Positions 1-9,214 of a stretch of DNA of 46,574 nucleotides are shown piece after piece. This DNA is from Candidatus Zambryskiibacteriota bacterium. Its GTDB lineage: Bacteria; Patescibacteriota; Minisyncoccia; Phycocordibacterales; DATDWN01. The stretch's first letter is position 1; the number at the start of each line of letters is the position of its first letter. The translations under genes were made by a program, and so were the position numbers. Where the stretch lies: NCBI GenBank assembly GCA_026394775.1, contig JAPLZY010000009.1:1-46574 (forward strand), read 5' to 3'. The notes under the pieces are model-generated. The model made no database searches and was not told the DNA's origin. It saw nothing but the letters and a program-made list of their open reading frames with translations.

Positions 1-75
1 GGTAACTGGTCTATCGTAGAGAGATACGTCAAGAACCAAGGGAAACACAATGAAAAGACGCTTACATTGTGGTAA
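1..75 (+). CDS. tnpA: IS200/IS605-family Y1 transposase, C-terminal fragment (truncated by window start)
   Basis: Frame 1 reads GNWSIVERYVKNQGKHNEKTLTLW*, matching the TnpA catalytic-Tyr helix (YxxxQ). A subterminal hairpin follows. Confidence 0.8.
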   Translation, partial: GNWSIVERYVKNQGKHNEKTLTLW

Positions 76-138
76 CATTGAAATACAAGTGGCATGAGGC
101 ATGCAATACCCTGCGGTCTCTGCCGCAGGGTTGTTTAT
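1..138 (+). mobile_element. Right end of IS200/IS605-like element
   Basis: tnpA 3' end, then hairpin ACCCTGCGG-TCTCTG-CCGCAGGGT (108-131) and TGTTTAT. The exact end is not determined. Confidence 0.7.
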
Positions 139-177
139 TTTGATTAAGTATTTAAATACATATACTATTACTTCACT

Positions 178-906
178 ATGATTTCATCATTATTCAACAC
201 AATTTTTTATCAACCACTCTACAACGGCCTTATTTATCTCATGGATACACTTCCATTTTTTGATGCGGGAGTTATTGTGATTATATTTACAATTGTTGTA
301 AAGCTCATTATGTTCCCTCTTTCTATCAAAGCTACAAAGGCTCAAATGGAAATGAAGGATATTGAAAAAGATCTTGAGAGAATTAAAGAGCAATATCCAG
401 ATAAACAGGTGCAAACTCAAAAAACTATTGAGTTGTATAAAGAAAAAAATATAAACCCTTTTGCTGGATTTTTTGTACTCCTCCTTCAGCTCCCTATCAT
501 CATAGCCCTGTATCAGATCTTTCTTAAATCAGGTCTTCCTGTTATAAACATGGAACTTTTGTATTCTTTTGTATCTGCACCACTCTCTATCAGTATGAAC
601 TTTCTGGGACTTATAGATATTGCAGGTAAAAGTATCCCACTTGCTATTATCGCCGGTATATCGACATATTTTCAGATCGCTTATGCTACACCACCTGCAA
701 GCGAACCTGAACCAGGAAAAAAGCCTACAATGCAACAAGATGTTATGAAAATGATGCAGACTCAGATGAAATATGGCTTCCCTGTCCTCGTCACCTTTAT
801 TTCTTGGTCAGTGTCAGCTGCAGTTTCTATTTATTGGATTACCAGCAACCTCTTTACCATCGGTCAGGAATTATATATTCGTAAGAAAATTAGAATAACT
901 AAGTAA
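178..906 (+). CDS. yidC: YidC/Oxa1 membrane protein insertase (short form)
   Basis: IIIFTIVVKLIMFPL, ELYKEKNINPFAG, LLQLPI and AVSIYWITSNLFTIGQ are YidC core motifs. Confidence 0.95.
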   Translation: MISSLFNTIFYQPLYNGLIYLMDTLPFFDAGVIVIIFTIVVKLIMFPLSIKATKAQMEMKDIEKDLERIKEQYPDKQVQTQKTIELYKEKNINPFAGFFVLLLQLPIIIALYQIFLKSGLPVINMELLYSFVSAPLSISMNFLGLIDIAGKSIPLAIIAGISTYFQIAYATPPASEPEPGKKPTMQQDVMKMMQTQMKYGFPVLVTFISWSVSAAVSIYWITSNLFTIGQELYIRKKIRITK

Positions 907-941
907 GAAAAAAGACTCACCATGGTGAGTCTTTTTTCTTA
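904..941. terminator. Bidirectional terminator; perfect 38-bp palindrome
   Basis: TAAGAAAAAAGACTCACCA/TGGTGAGTCTTTTTTCTTA lies between convergent genes and includes both stop codons. Confidence 0.85.
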
Positions 942-2138
942 ATCTAACTTAACCGTCCACAAACTTCCATCTATTTTACTTTCAATAAGGAGTAAAGAAT
1001 CTGTTTTATTGATAGAAATAGTTGAAATATCGATACTTCTTCCCGCCAGGTCCTCAAGGTCAATAATTTTTTGAGCAATATTGTTTACGATATCGTATTC
1101 CCAGATATCATCTGAGTAAGACACCTCCCCTCGATACCAACTGTATAGAGAACCACCCCCAATATTGCTTTTTGGTACGGCACAATATACGAAAGATTTT
1201 GTAGAAGCCCATACACACTTTTCGGGAAATGTTTTTGGAGAGAGTTCGGTAGCACTACCAGTAAGCATATTAAAATTAAGAAGAGATGTGCTGTTTGAAT
1301 ACAAGACTGAAGCTTGGTTTGTGTTTGGAAGAGTTGAGAGGTTGAGTTCGTTTGAAAGCAGTGTATCTTTACTTCCTGTACCTGTGTTTATACGAAACAT
1401 CACTCCTACGGACGAACTGTGGGGTTTTGAGGTTAGAGATACTTGGGTATTGGACATAAACAAAGGAATAAACTCTTTAAGTGGTGATGACCAAATGAGT
1501 TTTTTGTTTGAACCGTCAGGTTTGGATACATACCCTTCACTCCCCGCCACCCTTCCTTCAAGTGTAAATATATTTTTTCCATCAGGTGAGACAGTAAAAG
1601 AGATAATAGATCGAGAAAGTATTGTACCTACAATGTTCTTTTCAACACCCTCACCAGTAAGCTTTCCATAAAAAGTCTCAATAGAATCGGTGTCTTTTAT
1701 ATATTGAGCTATAAAACCGGCACCACTTTCGGTAAATTCAGCTTTGTAGATCTGAGGAATTGTGGTGTTTGAGATACGAGTTGTCTTGTTTTCGTATGTA
1801 GGAACATCAAAGACATGACCTGTTGCTTTCTCTATATATCGTACAATATCCCCTGTCGTTGAAGCTATAAAAATACTTCCAGCTATCGGTTCGTTTGATA
1901 TCAAGCGAACTTTCTGCTCAAAAGCACCAAGAGGAACATCTGCGATAATAGGAGTGCTTGTTGAAAAAGGTACCTCTGTTACTACAGGTGTGTCTCCAAA
2001 TGGAAAGAGATTTCCAAAGAATGGTTTTTTCCCACCCGCAACACTCGCATCACCTGAGAGTAAAAAATAGTACGCCCCGAGAGCAACAACAAGAAGAATG
2101 AGAACAATAGCACTAATTTTGAGGGTTTTTTTTGTCAT
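939..2138 (-). CDS. Membrane-anchored extracellular protein, probable beta-propeller (TolB-like)
   Basis: N-terminal TM helix, beta-rich repeats (VSPDGKNI), FPEKCVW...VYCAVP motif. Confidence 0.6.
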   Translation of the reverse strand: MTKKTLKISAIVLILLVVALGAYYFLLSGDASVAGGKKPFFGNLFPFGDTPVVTEVPFSTSTPIIADVPLGAFEQKVRLISNEPIAGSIFIASTTGDIVRYIEKATGHVFDVPTYENKTTRISNTTIPQIYKAEFTESGAGFIAQYIKDTDSIETFYGKLTGEGVEKNIVGTILSRSIISFTVSPDGKNIFTLEGRVAGSEGYVSKPDGSNKKLIWSSPLKEFIPLFMSNTQVSLTSKPHSSSVGVMFRINTGTGSKDTLLSNELNLSTLPNTNQASVLYSNSTSLLNFNMLTGSATELSPKTFPEKCVWASTKSFVYCAVPKSNIGGGSLYSWYRGEVSYSDDIWEYDIVNNIAQKIIDLEDLAGRSIDISTISINKTDSLLLIESKIDGSLWTVKLD

Positions 2139-2140
2139 AA

Positions 2141-3004
2141 TTATATTCTATGTCTGTTTAACCAATCAGCAACAGCATCTACACCTTGTTGCCAGTTAGT
2201 AAATGTTCTTGTTCTACCATCATCCATGTTACCCACATTTCCAGGATTAAATGTAACAGCACCTTTACCTGCTGTGCCATATGAGCTGTCTACCTGCATC
2301 ATAGACATAAGTAAGATTGGGTTTACTCCGTATTTTCTGGATGATTCCAAAATCATAGCTCCTGTGAGTGGTGTACGGGGTGCTATTCTTCTAAGGTTTG
2401 AGGTTATGTTTGCCTCGGTTAGGTTGTTGTTAAGTTGTGCTGTAAGTTGATTGTATGTTTGCTCAACTACTTTTTCGTGGTTTGGAGCGGTTGCGTAGGT
2501 TCCTATGTTGTAACCTACAATTGGATAATTTTGAATACTAATACCGCCACTTCCTACAACCACAGAAACTCCTGGAACAAAGGGTACACTTATATCAATA
2601 CTAAATCCGTCTTCGGGTAATATTTTTGGGTTTATAGTTCGTATGATTGCATATGCAGAAATAATAAGAAAAAAACCAGTAAGTATTTCATAAATTTTCC
2701 CCTTATTTTCCATTTTTACAGAAGCACTGTCTGAAACTGCATACTGGAAGCCATAGAAACCTAAGTATAAAAAAGTGAGTGTGGCCCCGATACCAATTGC
2801 AAGACCTAAAAACCCACTTAAATATGAGTTTATATCAGCACAGTTTTTGCCACCGTTATCACTCCCTGTACATGGTTTTGTTGTACCAGGAAGAGGTGCG
2901 AGTACAACATACTCACCAGTGATAGGTTGAGGGCTTTGAGCAAAAACCACACTTCCGGTAAGAAATGTGAGGGTGTATAAAAAAGTTAATATATATTTTT
3001 TCAT
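2141..3004 (-). CDS. VirB2/TrbC-like pilin domain fused to C-terminal lysozyme-like (SLT/GH73-like) domain
   Basis: Signal peptide, YVVLAPLPG, Cys pair and two TM helices ending IIRTINPKIL. C-terminus reads SRKYGVNPILLMSMMQVDSSYG...NPGNVG. Start moved to MKKY (3004). Confidence 0.7.
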   Translation of the reverse strand: MKKYILTFLYTLTFLTGSVVFAQSPQPITGEYVVLAPLPGTTKPCTGSDNGGKNCADINSYLSGFLGLAIGIGATLTFLYLGFYGFQYAVSDSASVKMENKGKIYEILTGFFLIISAYAIIRTINPKILPEDGFSIDISVPFVPGVSVVVGSGGISIQNYPIVGYNIGTYATAPNHEKVVEQTYNQLTAQLNNNLTEANITSNLRRIAPRTPLTGAMILESSRKYGVNPILLMSMMQVDSSYGTAGKGAVTFNPGNVGNMDDGRTRTFTNWQQGVDAVADWLNRHRI

Positions 3005-3005
3005 A

Positions 3006-4034
3006 TTAGAATGTTTCTGTTGATGCAGACTCTTTTTTAAAATCAATCACCAATGATTTGGTGCTAAACTGTAAAATACGCTCTGTTTGCTCGATAGAAA
3101 GTGAAATATTTGATATACCGACGACATCCCCCACTCTTCTAAATGTTTTTGTGAGGCTATTGTCACCATCTACAATTTTGTTTCCGTTAATAGACCAACT
3201 AAAAGAAAGTATATCTGATGAAAATGCATTTGGTGTGCTAAAAAAGTATGGGATAGCCTGGATAACAATCTCTTTACTGCTTAGAGGTACCGTGGACTGA
3301 AAAGCTTTTTGATACTGTATTCCATAGAGAGGGTCATTTTTATAAAATAAAATACTCGGTTCTTGTGGTTCGAGAGATAATGTATTGAAAGAAGAAAGGC
3401 CTGTTTTTGGGTCTTCAGCCAATACGTCAATAGTGATTGGGCGAGAAATAATTGACCCAACAAGAGGGAGTGTATATTTTCCATAACCGCTTTGTTCGCC
3501 CAATATTGTGCCATTTTTAGTCCATGTGTAAGTTAGATTTTCTTTTGGTATTTCTTTTCCGTTTGACACGATATGAGGAAGTGCAACAAATATGATGTTA
3601 CTTTGGTGTGTAAACAAAGCTTTGCCTTTATAAAATGGTGGAGTATAAGTCCGAGCTTCCCATAAAATATCTAGTGATGTAGGTCGTATACTTACTGTTT
3701 TTGTAAATGCATCCACACCTGAGCTCACTTCTATACGTACTACTGTTTCTGAGCCGAGTTTACCTACCCGAGTTGTTATTTTTTTTACACCTACACCTTG
3801 GCTAACCAGTTTGTTGTTTACATACCAGCGTATATTTGATGAATTGAGGTCTATCGAATAGGATTCCATGGTCACATATACTTCTTGGTATGGCTCCGGG
3901 TTTTGAGGCAAAATACCAACAGAAACATCACTTGAAGAATTAAATTGAGCAAAAACTAGTGTGGTAAAAGTAAATGCGCCAATTACAAGGCATAGGTTTA
4001 TAGTATAAAAAATATATAAAAGACGAGAAATCAT
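3006..4034 (-). CDS. Secreted protein with Ig-like/PKD-like repeats
   Basis: Signal peptide, three beta-sandwich-like units (IRWYVNNK, YTWTKNG, FSWSING), WEARTYTPPFYKGK motif. Confidence 0.6.
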   Translation of the reverse strand: MISRLLYIFYTINLCLVIGAFTFTTLVFAQFNSSSDVSVGILPQNPEPYQEVYVTMESYSIDLNSSNIRWYVNNKLVSQGVGVKKITTRVGKLGSETVVRIEVSSGVDAFTKTVSIRPTSLDILWEARTYTPPFYKGKALFTHQSNIIFVALPHIVSNGKEIPKENLTYTWTKNGTILGEQSGYGKYTLPLVGSIISRPITIDVLAEDPKTGLSSFNTLSLEPQEPSILFYKNDPLYGIQYQKAFQSTVPLSSKEIVIQAIPYFFSTPNAFSSDILSFSWSINGNKIVDGDNSLTKTFRRVGDVVGISNISLSIEQTERILQFSTKSLVIDFKKESASTETF

Positions 4035-4086
4035 TAGACATATTTTATCATAAAATGTATAGAAAACAGGTAGAGGTTGTTAACAG

Positions 4087-4533
4087 CTAGATCTGTTTTT
4101 TTGATTGAGTAACTATACTCGCAACTTTACCTCCAGGTAATTTTTGTAATTTCTCAGTAATTTTTGTGGTTGAAATAACATACCAAACAGCAGTGGTCCA
4201 TACAGGAAGTGCATTTGCAAAAGGAATTAATTCTGCAGTAAATCCTCCCCCCATCGCAGCAAGACGCTTTGGAGACATAAAACTTATTCCATGAAGGCTA
4301 AACCAGAACCAAAAAACTAGTCCAAAAAATATAGAAATAAACGTGTCAGCAACAGTACCTATTGCAAGGAAAAGAAGTAGTGCTTGAACACCGTCAACAA
4401 ACAAAGCTGTACCAGTCATCAGCCAAATAGTACCTTGAGGAAGCGAGCTTTTAGGCTCCTCAGGCACCTCTTTTTGTCGTTTAGGATCCCACCTATTTTG
4501 TTCCCGTCTTTGTTCTAGTTCTTGTTCGTCCAT
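4087..4533 (-). CDS. Hypothetical membrane protein
   Basis: Several hydrophobic helices and AELIPFANALPVWT. Start taken at MDEQ (4533). Confidence 0.65.
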   Translation of the reverse strand: MDEQELEQRREQNRWDPKRQKEVPEEPKSSLPQGTIWLMTGTALFVDGVQALLLFLAIGTVADTFISIFFGLVFWFWFSLHGISFMSPKRLAAMGGGFTAELIPFANALPVWTTAVWYVISTTKITEKLQKLPGGKVASIVTQSKKQI

Positions 4534-4552
4534 ATATAACCATAATGGTACA

Positions 4553-4671
4553 AGACTTTCATATTTGAGCAAAGTTCTAGGCGGACTAGAAAAATAATTT
4601 GAGGCGTACTAATGTACGATGAGAATTATTTTTTGAAGTCCAACAACGAAATTTGCCAAATATGGAAGTCT
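4553..4671. repeat. Structured repeat family 1, copy 1 (long nested hairpin)
   Basis: ~103-nt core nearly identical to 18376-18478. Pairings: ATATTTG/CAAATAT, GCAAA/TTTGC, GGACT/AGTCC, AAAAATAATT/AATTATTTTT, CGTAC-TAAT-GTACG. Confidence 0.9.
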
Positions 4672-4672
4672 A

Positions 4673-7600
4673 TTACTGAGAGAGTAGATCACTTTTGGCT
4701 TTCTTGATAGCAAGAATTTGAGACGGATCAGAAGTAATAATCTGGTCTTCAGTGTACGAAGCAATTATTTTGATTGCCACATGTTTGAGTCCTGCAAAAA
4801 AGATTCCCTCCCCCACATCTGACTCGAGAAGTAGATATTTCTCTTCGTCTGTCAGGTTAAAAGTTTGTTGAAGTTTATCCATTGAAATCGCTGACTGTTT
4901 GAGGAGGATTTGGATTGAAGAGTTGGTAATAATAGGCATTCCATATGGAGATTTCAAAAAGTCGTCCACGTCTTGAGTGATGGTGGCAAGGCCAAGGAAA
5001 TATTTTCGTCCACGTTTTGCTAAAGACAAAAGGAATGAAGCGGTGTCTTCTGACTTCATCATCCACCATGCCTCGTCGATTACCAGAAGGCGCTTTCGCA
5101 GGTCTTTTCGGATCGCTGCCCAGATGTAATGCATAATAATATACATTGCGATAGGTTTGAGCTCGTCTTCCATATCACGTACAGAAAAGACAATAAACTT
5201 TTTGTTGATATCGATATTGGTTGGTCGGTTTATAAACCCGGCCCATGTTCCTTTGGTGTATTTTGTGAGGCGTTGTGCGAGAGAGTCCCCACCTTCCATA
5301 CCGGAGAGCACGAGTTCAAAGTCAGAAAGAAGTGGTGGTTCTACATTTTTAAAATCAGAGTCAGGTGTAATGTCTTTGAGAGCATATGTCTCGCTGATCG
5401 CTCGGTCGATAATAGCATCTTCTTCAGAGGTAAGACCGCCGAGCATGATACGGAAAAGTCCGACAAGGTTAATGATGTTACTTCGAAGAATACTTGCACT
5501 TGACTCACCTTCTCCCGGCATCGGTAGATCAAAAGGGTTGATATGATGCTCTGAGTTCAGGGATATCTTAAAGAAACGTCCACCCACCGCTTCTGCCATG
5601 TATTCATATTCATTTTCAGGGTCAATCACCATGACGTTGGTGTCGAACATAAGCGTACGAAGTATCTCGAGCTTTGTTGCATATGAGTTGTGAACAAACA
5701 TTCCCGCTGTTCCCGCTAAAAAGATTTCATTGTCTACTGTAAGGTCGTAGACATATTTGTCCGCAGTATTTTTTGTTTCTTTTATAGAAACAATCGGATC
5801 CCACATGAGGTCAGAGGAGCTCAAACGCTTGAGCATAGAAAGTATTCCTTTTACATGAGGTATAGACTCACTTATGTGTCGGTATGTTTCGTTTATGAAA
5901 TTTCCTGCATCACGAAGACTGTCGTATGAAGTACGATCAGGTAAGTTTTTACGAAAAGCACTGCCAAGTCCAGGAGCTTGTTGAATAATTAGAGAATCAA
6001 AGTCTAAAAAGCTTCCATGAATACTGTACATTGACTGCTCTATTGCATTACTCACTTTTTCACCAAGCACAACTTGTGAAAGAGTGAGTACATTAGCTAA
6101 TCCGACCTGACCTTTACGTTTTTTCATCCATGCCCAGCTTGAGCCAAGTGTGTCCCAGAGCTTTGCATTAAATTCTTTATTAGATTCACCAAGTCGAATA
6201 AGAGTCTCAATATCCGGTAATGCAGAAAGTGCTTTCATTGCAGGGGCTGCGCGTTCAAAGTGTGTAATACGTTCTTCAACAATGTGTATGAGTTTGGAGA
6301 GCTCTTCTCTTGAAGAATAATAAACACTTTGTGAAAGTGGAGAGAGGTTTGGAATATTATGGAGTTGGCTACCAAAATGCATACGAAGCTCAGCGATGAG
6401 GGGGGCAACATTTGGAATTATATCTACATTTGTATTTCCTTCTCTGTTGCAAATAGAAGCAAGGCTCTCTTGTTTGCGTCGAGTTGCAAACCCTATTTTT
6501 TCCAGGAAAGAATTCAAATCAGTTTGCCCGGATATTGCAAGTACCCAAAATGTTCTCCGTCCTCCAGTTTTTTTGTAAGTCACACTTCTTTTGCGCAGTC
6601 GAGCAACAATACCAAACCCAAGCAAGAGATAAGAAATTTCAGAAAGGAGCTGTTTTGATTTGGATGTTGCAGTGACCTGTAGACTATCTACCCCCCCATC
6701 TCCTTCAAAGTAGCTTCGCAGATATGCAGCCACGATTTCTTTTGGAAAATTAAACAGTGCAGGTGCGACATGTTTATCTTTAGATCGTCCACCCGCTTTA
6801 AGAGCGTACACAAGAGCAATAAAAGGACGATCTGAAATCACAATATCCTTTGGTGTTGGAAAATGGAGTACACCTAAAGCAGTGCAGGATTTTTGTATTA
6901 TATCTCGAACATCGAGATCCAGATTGGTGATTTTAATCGCATTGGGGTTTACAGTCCCTTCAGAGCTTATGTACCCAAGAAGAGTCCCCAAATCGCTCGT
7001 TGCTTTAATTATTGCAGGTAGCTTCCCTGCTCCACTAGCTGACATGATATGTAAGGAGTTCAACTGCTGATCAGTAAGCTTTACCTTCGCTTTTTTAATG
7101 AGTGTATTAAAATAAGCAAGCGGAATACGGCGTCCTTTTTTGTACATTGGTAAATATCGGTCATATTGGGAATCAATTGTCTCTCGAGAGTATGTTTTAT
7201 GTAGTTCTGTAACAATATTTGCCCCACCCACCACGTACATTCTTGCTTCATTTTTCAAAATATCAAGTAAGTTGAGTGCCGCGTGTGCATTTTCGGAAAA
7301 AGAAACAGTGCGAGGAAGCGGTATATACTCACCTATCTTTAACTCAGTACTTTTCGATACCACCACCTGTCCATCTCGTAATACAAGCATGTTGTGGTCT
7401 CCGGTAGTTGTTACTTCTCGTCCACTCTTAGTTTTGAAATGATAATACTCTCTTGGTGCATCTTTTCGTGCAGCGACAGTTACATCACTCCATGAGCCTT
7501 TGAGTTCTTTGTCGAAACTCCACACTTGAAATCCAGGATCGATTGCTCCTTCCATTTCATCAGCAAATTGCACACAACCTTTTTGTTTGATTGTTTTCTC

Positions 7601-8467
7601 TACGAGAGGGCCAATCTCTCGAAGCTCAATATGTCCATCTTTTCGAATAAGTACTGGCTCATTACCTCGTATGCTCTTACCCGATCCAGATTTAGCGAAG
7701 GTAATCGAGTTGTAGTTCTCCAAAGAGAAGCGGTCAAAGAGCACGAGAGATGAATTGTGTCTGTTAATACCATATAAAATACCTTTGTCTGAAGTAAGGT
7801 CGAAAGAAATAAAAGGAAAAAGACTCGAAAGTGGAGAAGAGTTGAGTTTGCTGTGTACTTCAAGCTGGTCTGTACCAAGTGGAAGAACTGCTTTAAATGC
7901 TTGTTCTTGTTGAAAAAGAGCAGGTTTTACATATACAAGCTTTGCTTCGAGGATTGATTTGATCTCGGACTCAATTTTGTCGAGCTCTGCATCGGAGTCT
8001 CCATACATAGTGATATAAAGACCTACATCAAAAAGTTTCTCTTGTGCTTGCTGGAGTTGGTCGCGCAAAGACTCGAGGTCTTGGTATGCGGTATCGAGCA
8101 TCGGGTTTCTCACCTGTCCTCGAGCTTCTCGTGCCATGATCTGACTCTGCACTTCGGCTACTTTTTTCTGAAATGTACGAAGAACATCCGAAGTTTCGAT
8201 CGGATGAATAAAAATAGCAATATCAAATACTTTGTCGAGGTTGATGATAGGTGAAAACCAGTTTTCACCTAAGAAACGAGGGTATGAGATGACAAAAAAG
8301 CTACGAAGTATTTTTTCACCCAAGTTAATCTCTTTTGGAGATATTTTGAGTGCACTTGGAGCAATAATATCCTGTAGCTCAAGAGTACCTGCTTGGTATA
8401 TTTCTTGAGGAATGATAGAAGAAATTTTTGGCTCTTCTTTTTTTTGTAAAAAATCAAATAATCCCAT
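4673..8467 (-). CDS. virB4: VirB4/TraC-like conjugation-type ATPase containing an intein (~601 aa after splicing)
   Basis: YGINRHNSSLVLFDRF, Walker A AKSGSGK|SY, IDPENEY, INPFD, Walker B LLVIDEAW, RGRKY, ITQDVDDF. Confidence 0.9.
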   Translation of the reverse strand: MGLFDFLQKKEEPKISSIIPQEIYQAGTLELQDIIAPSALKISPKEINLGEKILRSFFVISYPRFLGENWFSPIINLDKVFDIAIFIHPIETSDVLRTFQKKVAEVQSQIMAREARGQVRNPMLDTAYQDLESLRDQLQQAQEKLFDVGLYITMYGDSDAELDKIESEIKSILEAKLVYVKPALFQQEQAFKAVLPLGTDQLEVHSKLNSSPLSSLFPFISFDLTSDKGILYGINRHNSSLVLFDRFSLENYNSITFAKSGSGKSIRGNEPVLIRKDGHIELREIGPLVEKTIKQKGCVQFADEMEGAIDPGFQVWSFDKELKGSWSDVTVAARKDAPREYYHFKTKSGREVTTTGDHNMLVLRDGQVVVSKSTELKIGEYIPLPRTVSFSENAHAALNLLDILKNEARMYVVGGANIVTELHKTYSRETIDSQYDRYLPMYKKGRRIPLAYFNTLIKKAKVKLTDQQLNSLHIMSASGAGKLPAIIKATSDLGTLLGYISSEGTVNPNAIKITNLDLDVRDIIQKSCTALGVLHFPTPKDIVISDRPFIALVYALKAGGRSKDKHVAPALFNFPKEIVAAYLRSYFEGDGGVDSLQVTATSKSKQLLSEISYLLLGFGIVARLRKRSVTYKKTGGRRTFWVLAISGQTDLNSFLEKIGFATRRKQESLASICNREGNTNVDIIPNVAPLIAELRMHFGSQLHNIPNLSPLSQSVYYSSREELSKLIHIVEERITHFERAAPAMKALSALPDIETLIRLGESNKEFNAKLWDTLGSSWAWMKKRKGQVGLANVLTLSQVVLGEKVSNAIEQSMYSIHGSFLDFDSLIIQQAPGLGSAFRKNLPDRTSYDSLRDAGNFINETYRHISESIPHVKGILSMLKRLSSSDLMWDPIVSIKETKNTADKYVYDLTVDNEIFLAGTAGMFVHNSYATKLEILRTLMFDTNVMVIDPENEYEYMAEAVGGRFFKISLNSEHHINPFDLPMPGEGESSASILRSNIINLVGLFRIMLGGLTSEEDAIIDRAISETYALKDITPDSDFKNVEPPLLSDFELVLSGMEGGDSLAQRLTKYTKGTWAGFINRPTNIDINKKFIVFSVRDMEDELKPIAMYIIMHYIWAAIRKDLRKRLLVIDEAWWMMKSEDTASFLLSLAKRGRKYFLGLATITQDVDDFLKSPYGMPIITNSSIQILLKQSAISMDKLQQTFNLTDEEKYLLLESDVGEGIFFAGLKHVAIKIIASYTEDQIITSDPSQILAIKKAKSDLLSQ
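5687..7675 (-). mobile_element. Intein with LAGLIDADG homing endonuclease (663 aa, residues 265-927 of precursor)
   Basis: Starts SIRGNEPVLI after GSGK. Block B VTTTGDHNML; LAGLIDADG motifs LLGYISSEG and YLRSYFEGDG; block F YVYDLTV; ends MFVHN followed by +1 Ser. Confidence 0.93.
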
Positions 8468-8471
8468 GATA

Positions 8472-9110
8472 TTATGTTATTTGTATTGGCTTTTCTGTCT
8501 CGCCCGGGTTAAATATCTTGTAAAACAATTCTACCACTTCTTCTGTCCCCAATCGTGCAGCACGCACCCCACAACGGACCAGTCCCTGCTCCACAATAGC
8601 CAATCTTTGCTCAACCTGAGTACGGTTTTCTTCAAAGTTCTCCATACGCTTTTTTACATCCGATTCATCATCTTTTTTACCAAAGAATCCTCCTGGGTTG
8701 ATACCCTTCCCTTGGATAAGTGCTGGTGAGTACGGCACTACCACAAAGAAACTTTTAGTCATTATGTTTGTGGATTCGGTAAATTTTCGGATAAACTCAA
8801 TGTACTCTTGGGTCTGAATCTTCATTAAGTCATTGGTTTGTTCTTTATATCTGTTTTCTAGAAGTGCAATATACGGCCTAATATCAAGGCGTCGTGACTG
8901 AATAAAAATCTGGACAGGAAAGTCGAGTGAGTTCAAGAAATCTTGAAATTGATACAAAATACCTTTTCTCTCATCTTCTGATTTAAGAGAAAAGTTTAAT
9001 GAAGATGCAAGCAAGATAGCTCGCATAGAGTTGTCCTTGAGAAGTATCACACCATCGCGTACTTCTTTGATCGGAACAAAATCTTGAGTTGCTTTAGAAG
9101 GAATAGGCAT
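8472..9110 (-). CDS. TraC/VirB4 N-terminal-like accessory protein of the T4SS-like cluster
   Basis: TQDFVPIKEVRDG, NFSLKSEDE, FLNSLDFPVQIFIQSRRLDI. Lies between prgI and virB4. Confidence 0.75.
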   Translation of the reverse strand: MPIPSKATQDFVPIKEVRDGVILLKDNSMRAILLASSLNFSLKSEDERKGILYQFQDFLNSLDFPVQIFIQSRRLDIRPYIALLENRYKEQTNDLMKIQTQEYIEFIRKFTESTNIMTKSFFVVVPYSPALIQGKGINPGGFFGKKDDESDVKKRMENFEENRTQVEQRLAIVEQGLVRCGVRAARLGTEEVVELFYKIFNPGETEKPIQIT

Positions 9111-9126
9111 GGAATTATTGTAGCAC

Positions 9127-9214
9127 AAAATTTAATTTCAAATTTCAAATTCTAAATTTCAAAACAAGTGCATTTGAGTCCACTTTAAAATTTCAAATTC
9201 TAAATTTGAAATTT
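9127..9214. repeat. Degenerate heptamer array (AAATTTC/AAATTCT)
   Basis: AAATTTAATTTCAAATTTCAAATTCTAAATTTCAAA ... AAAATTTCAAATTCTAAATTTGAAATTT. Confidence 0.7.
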
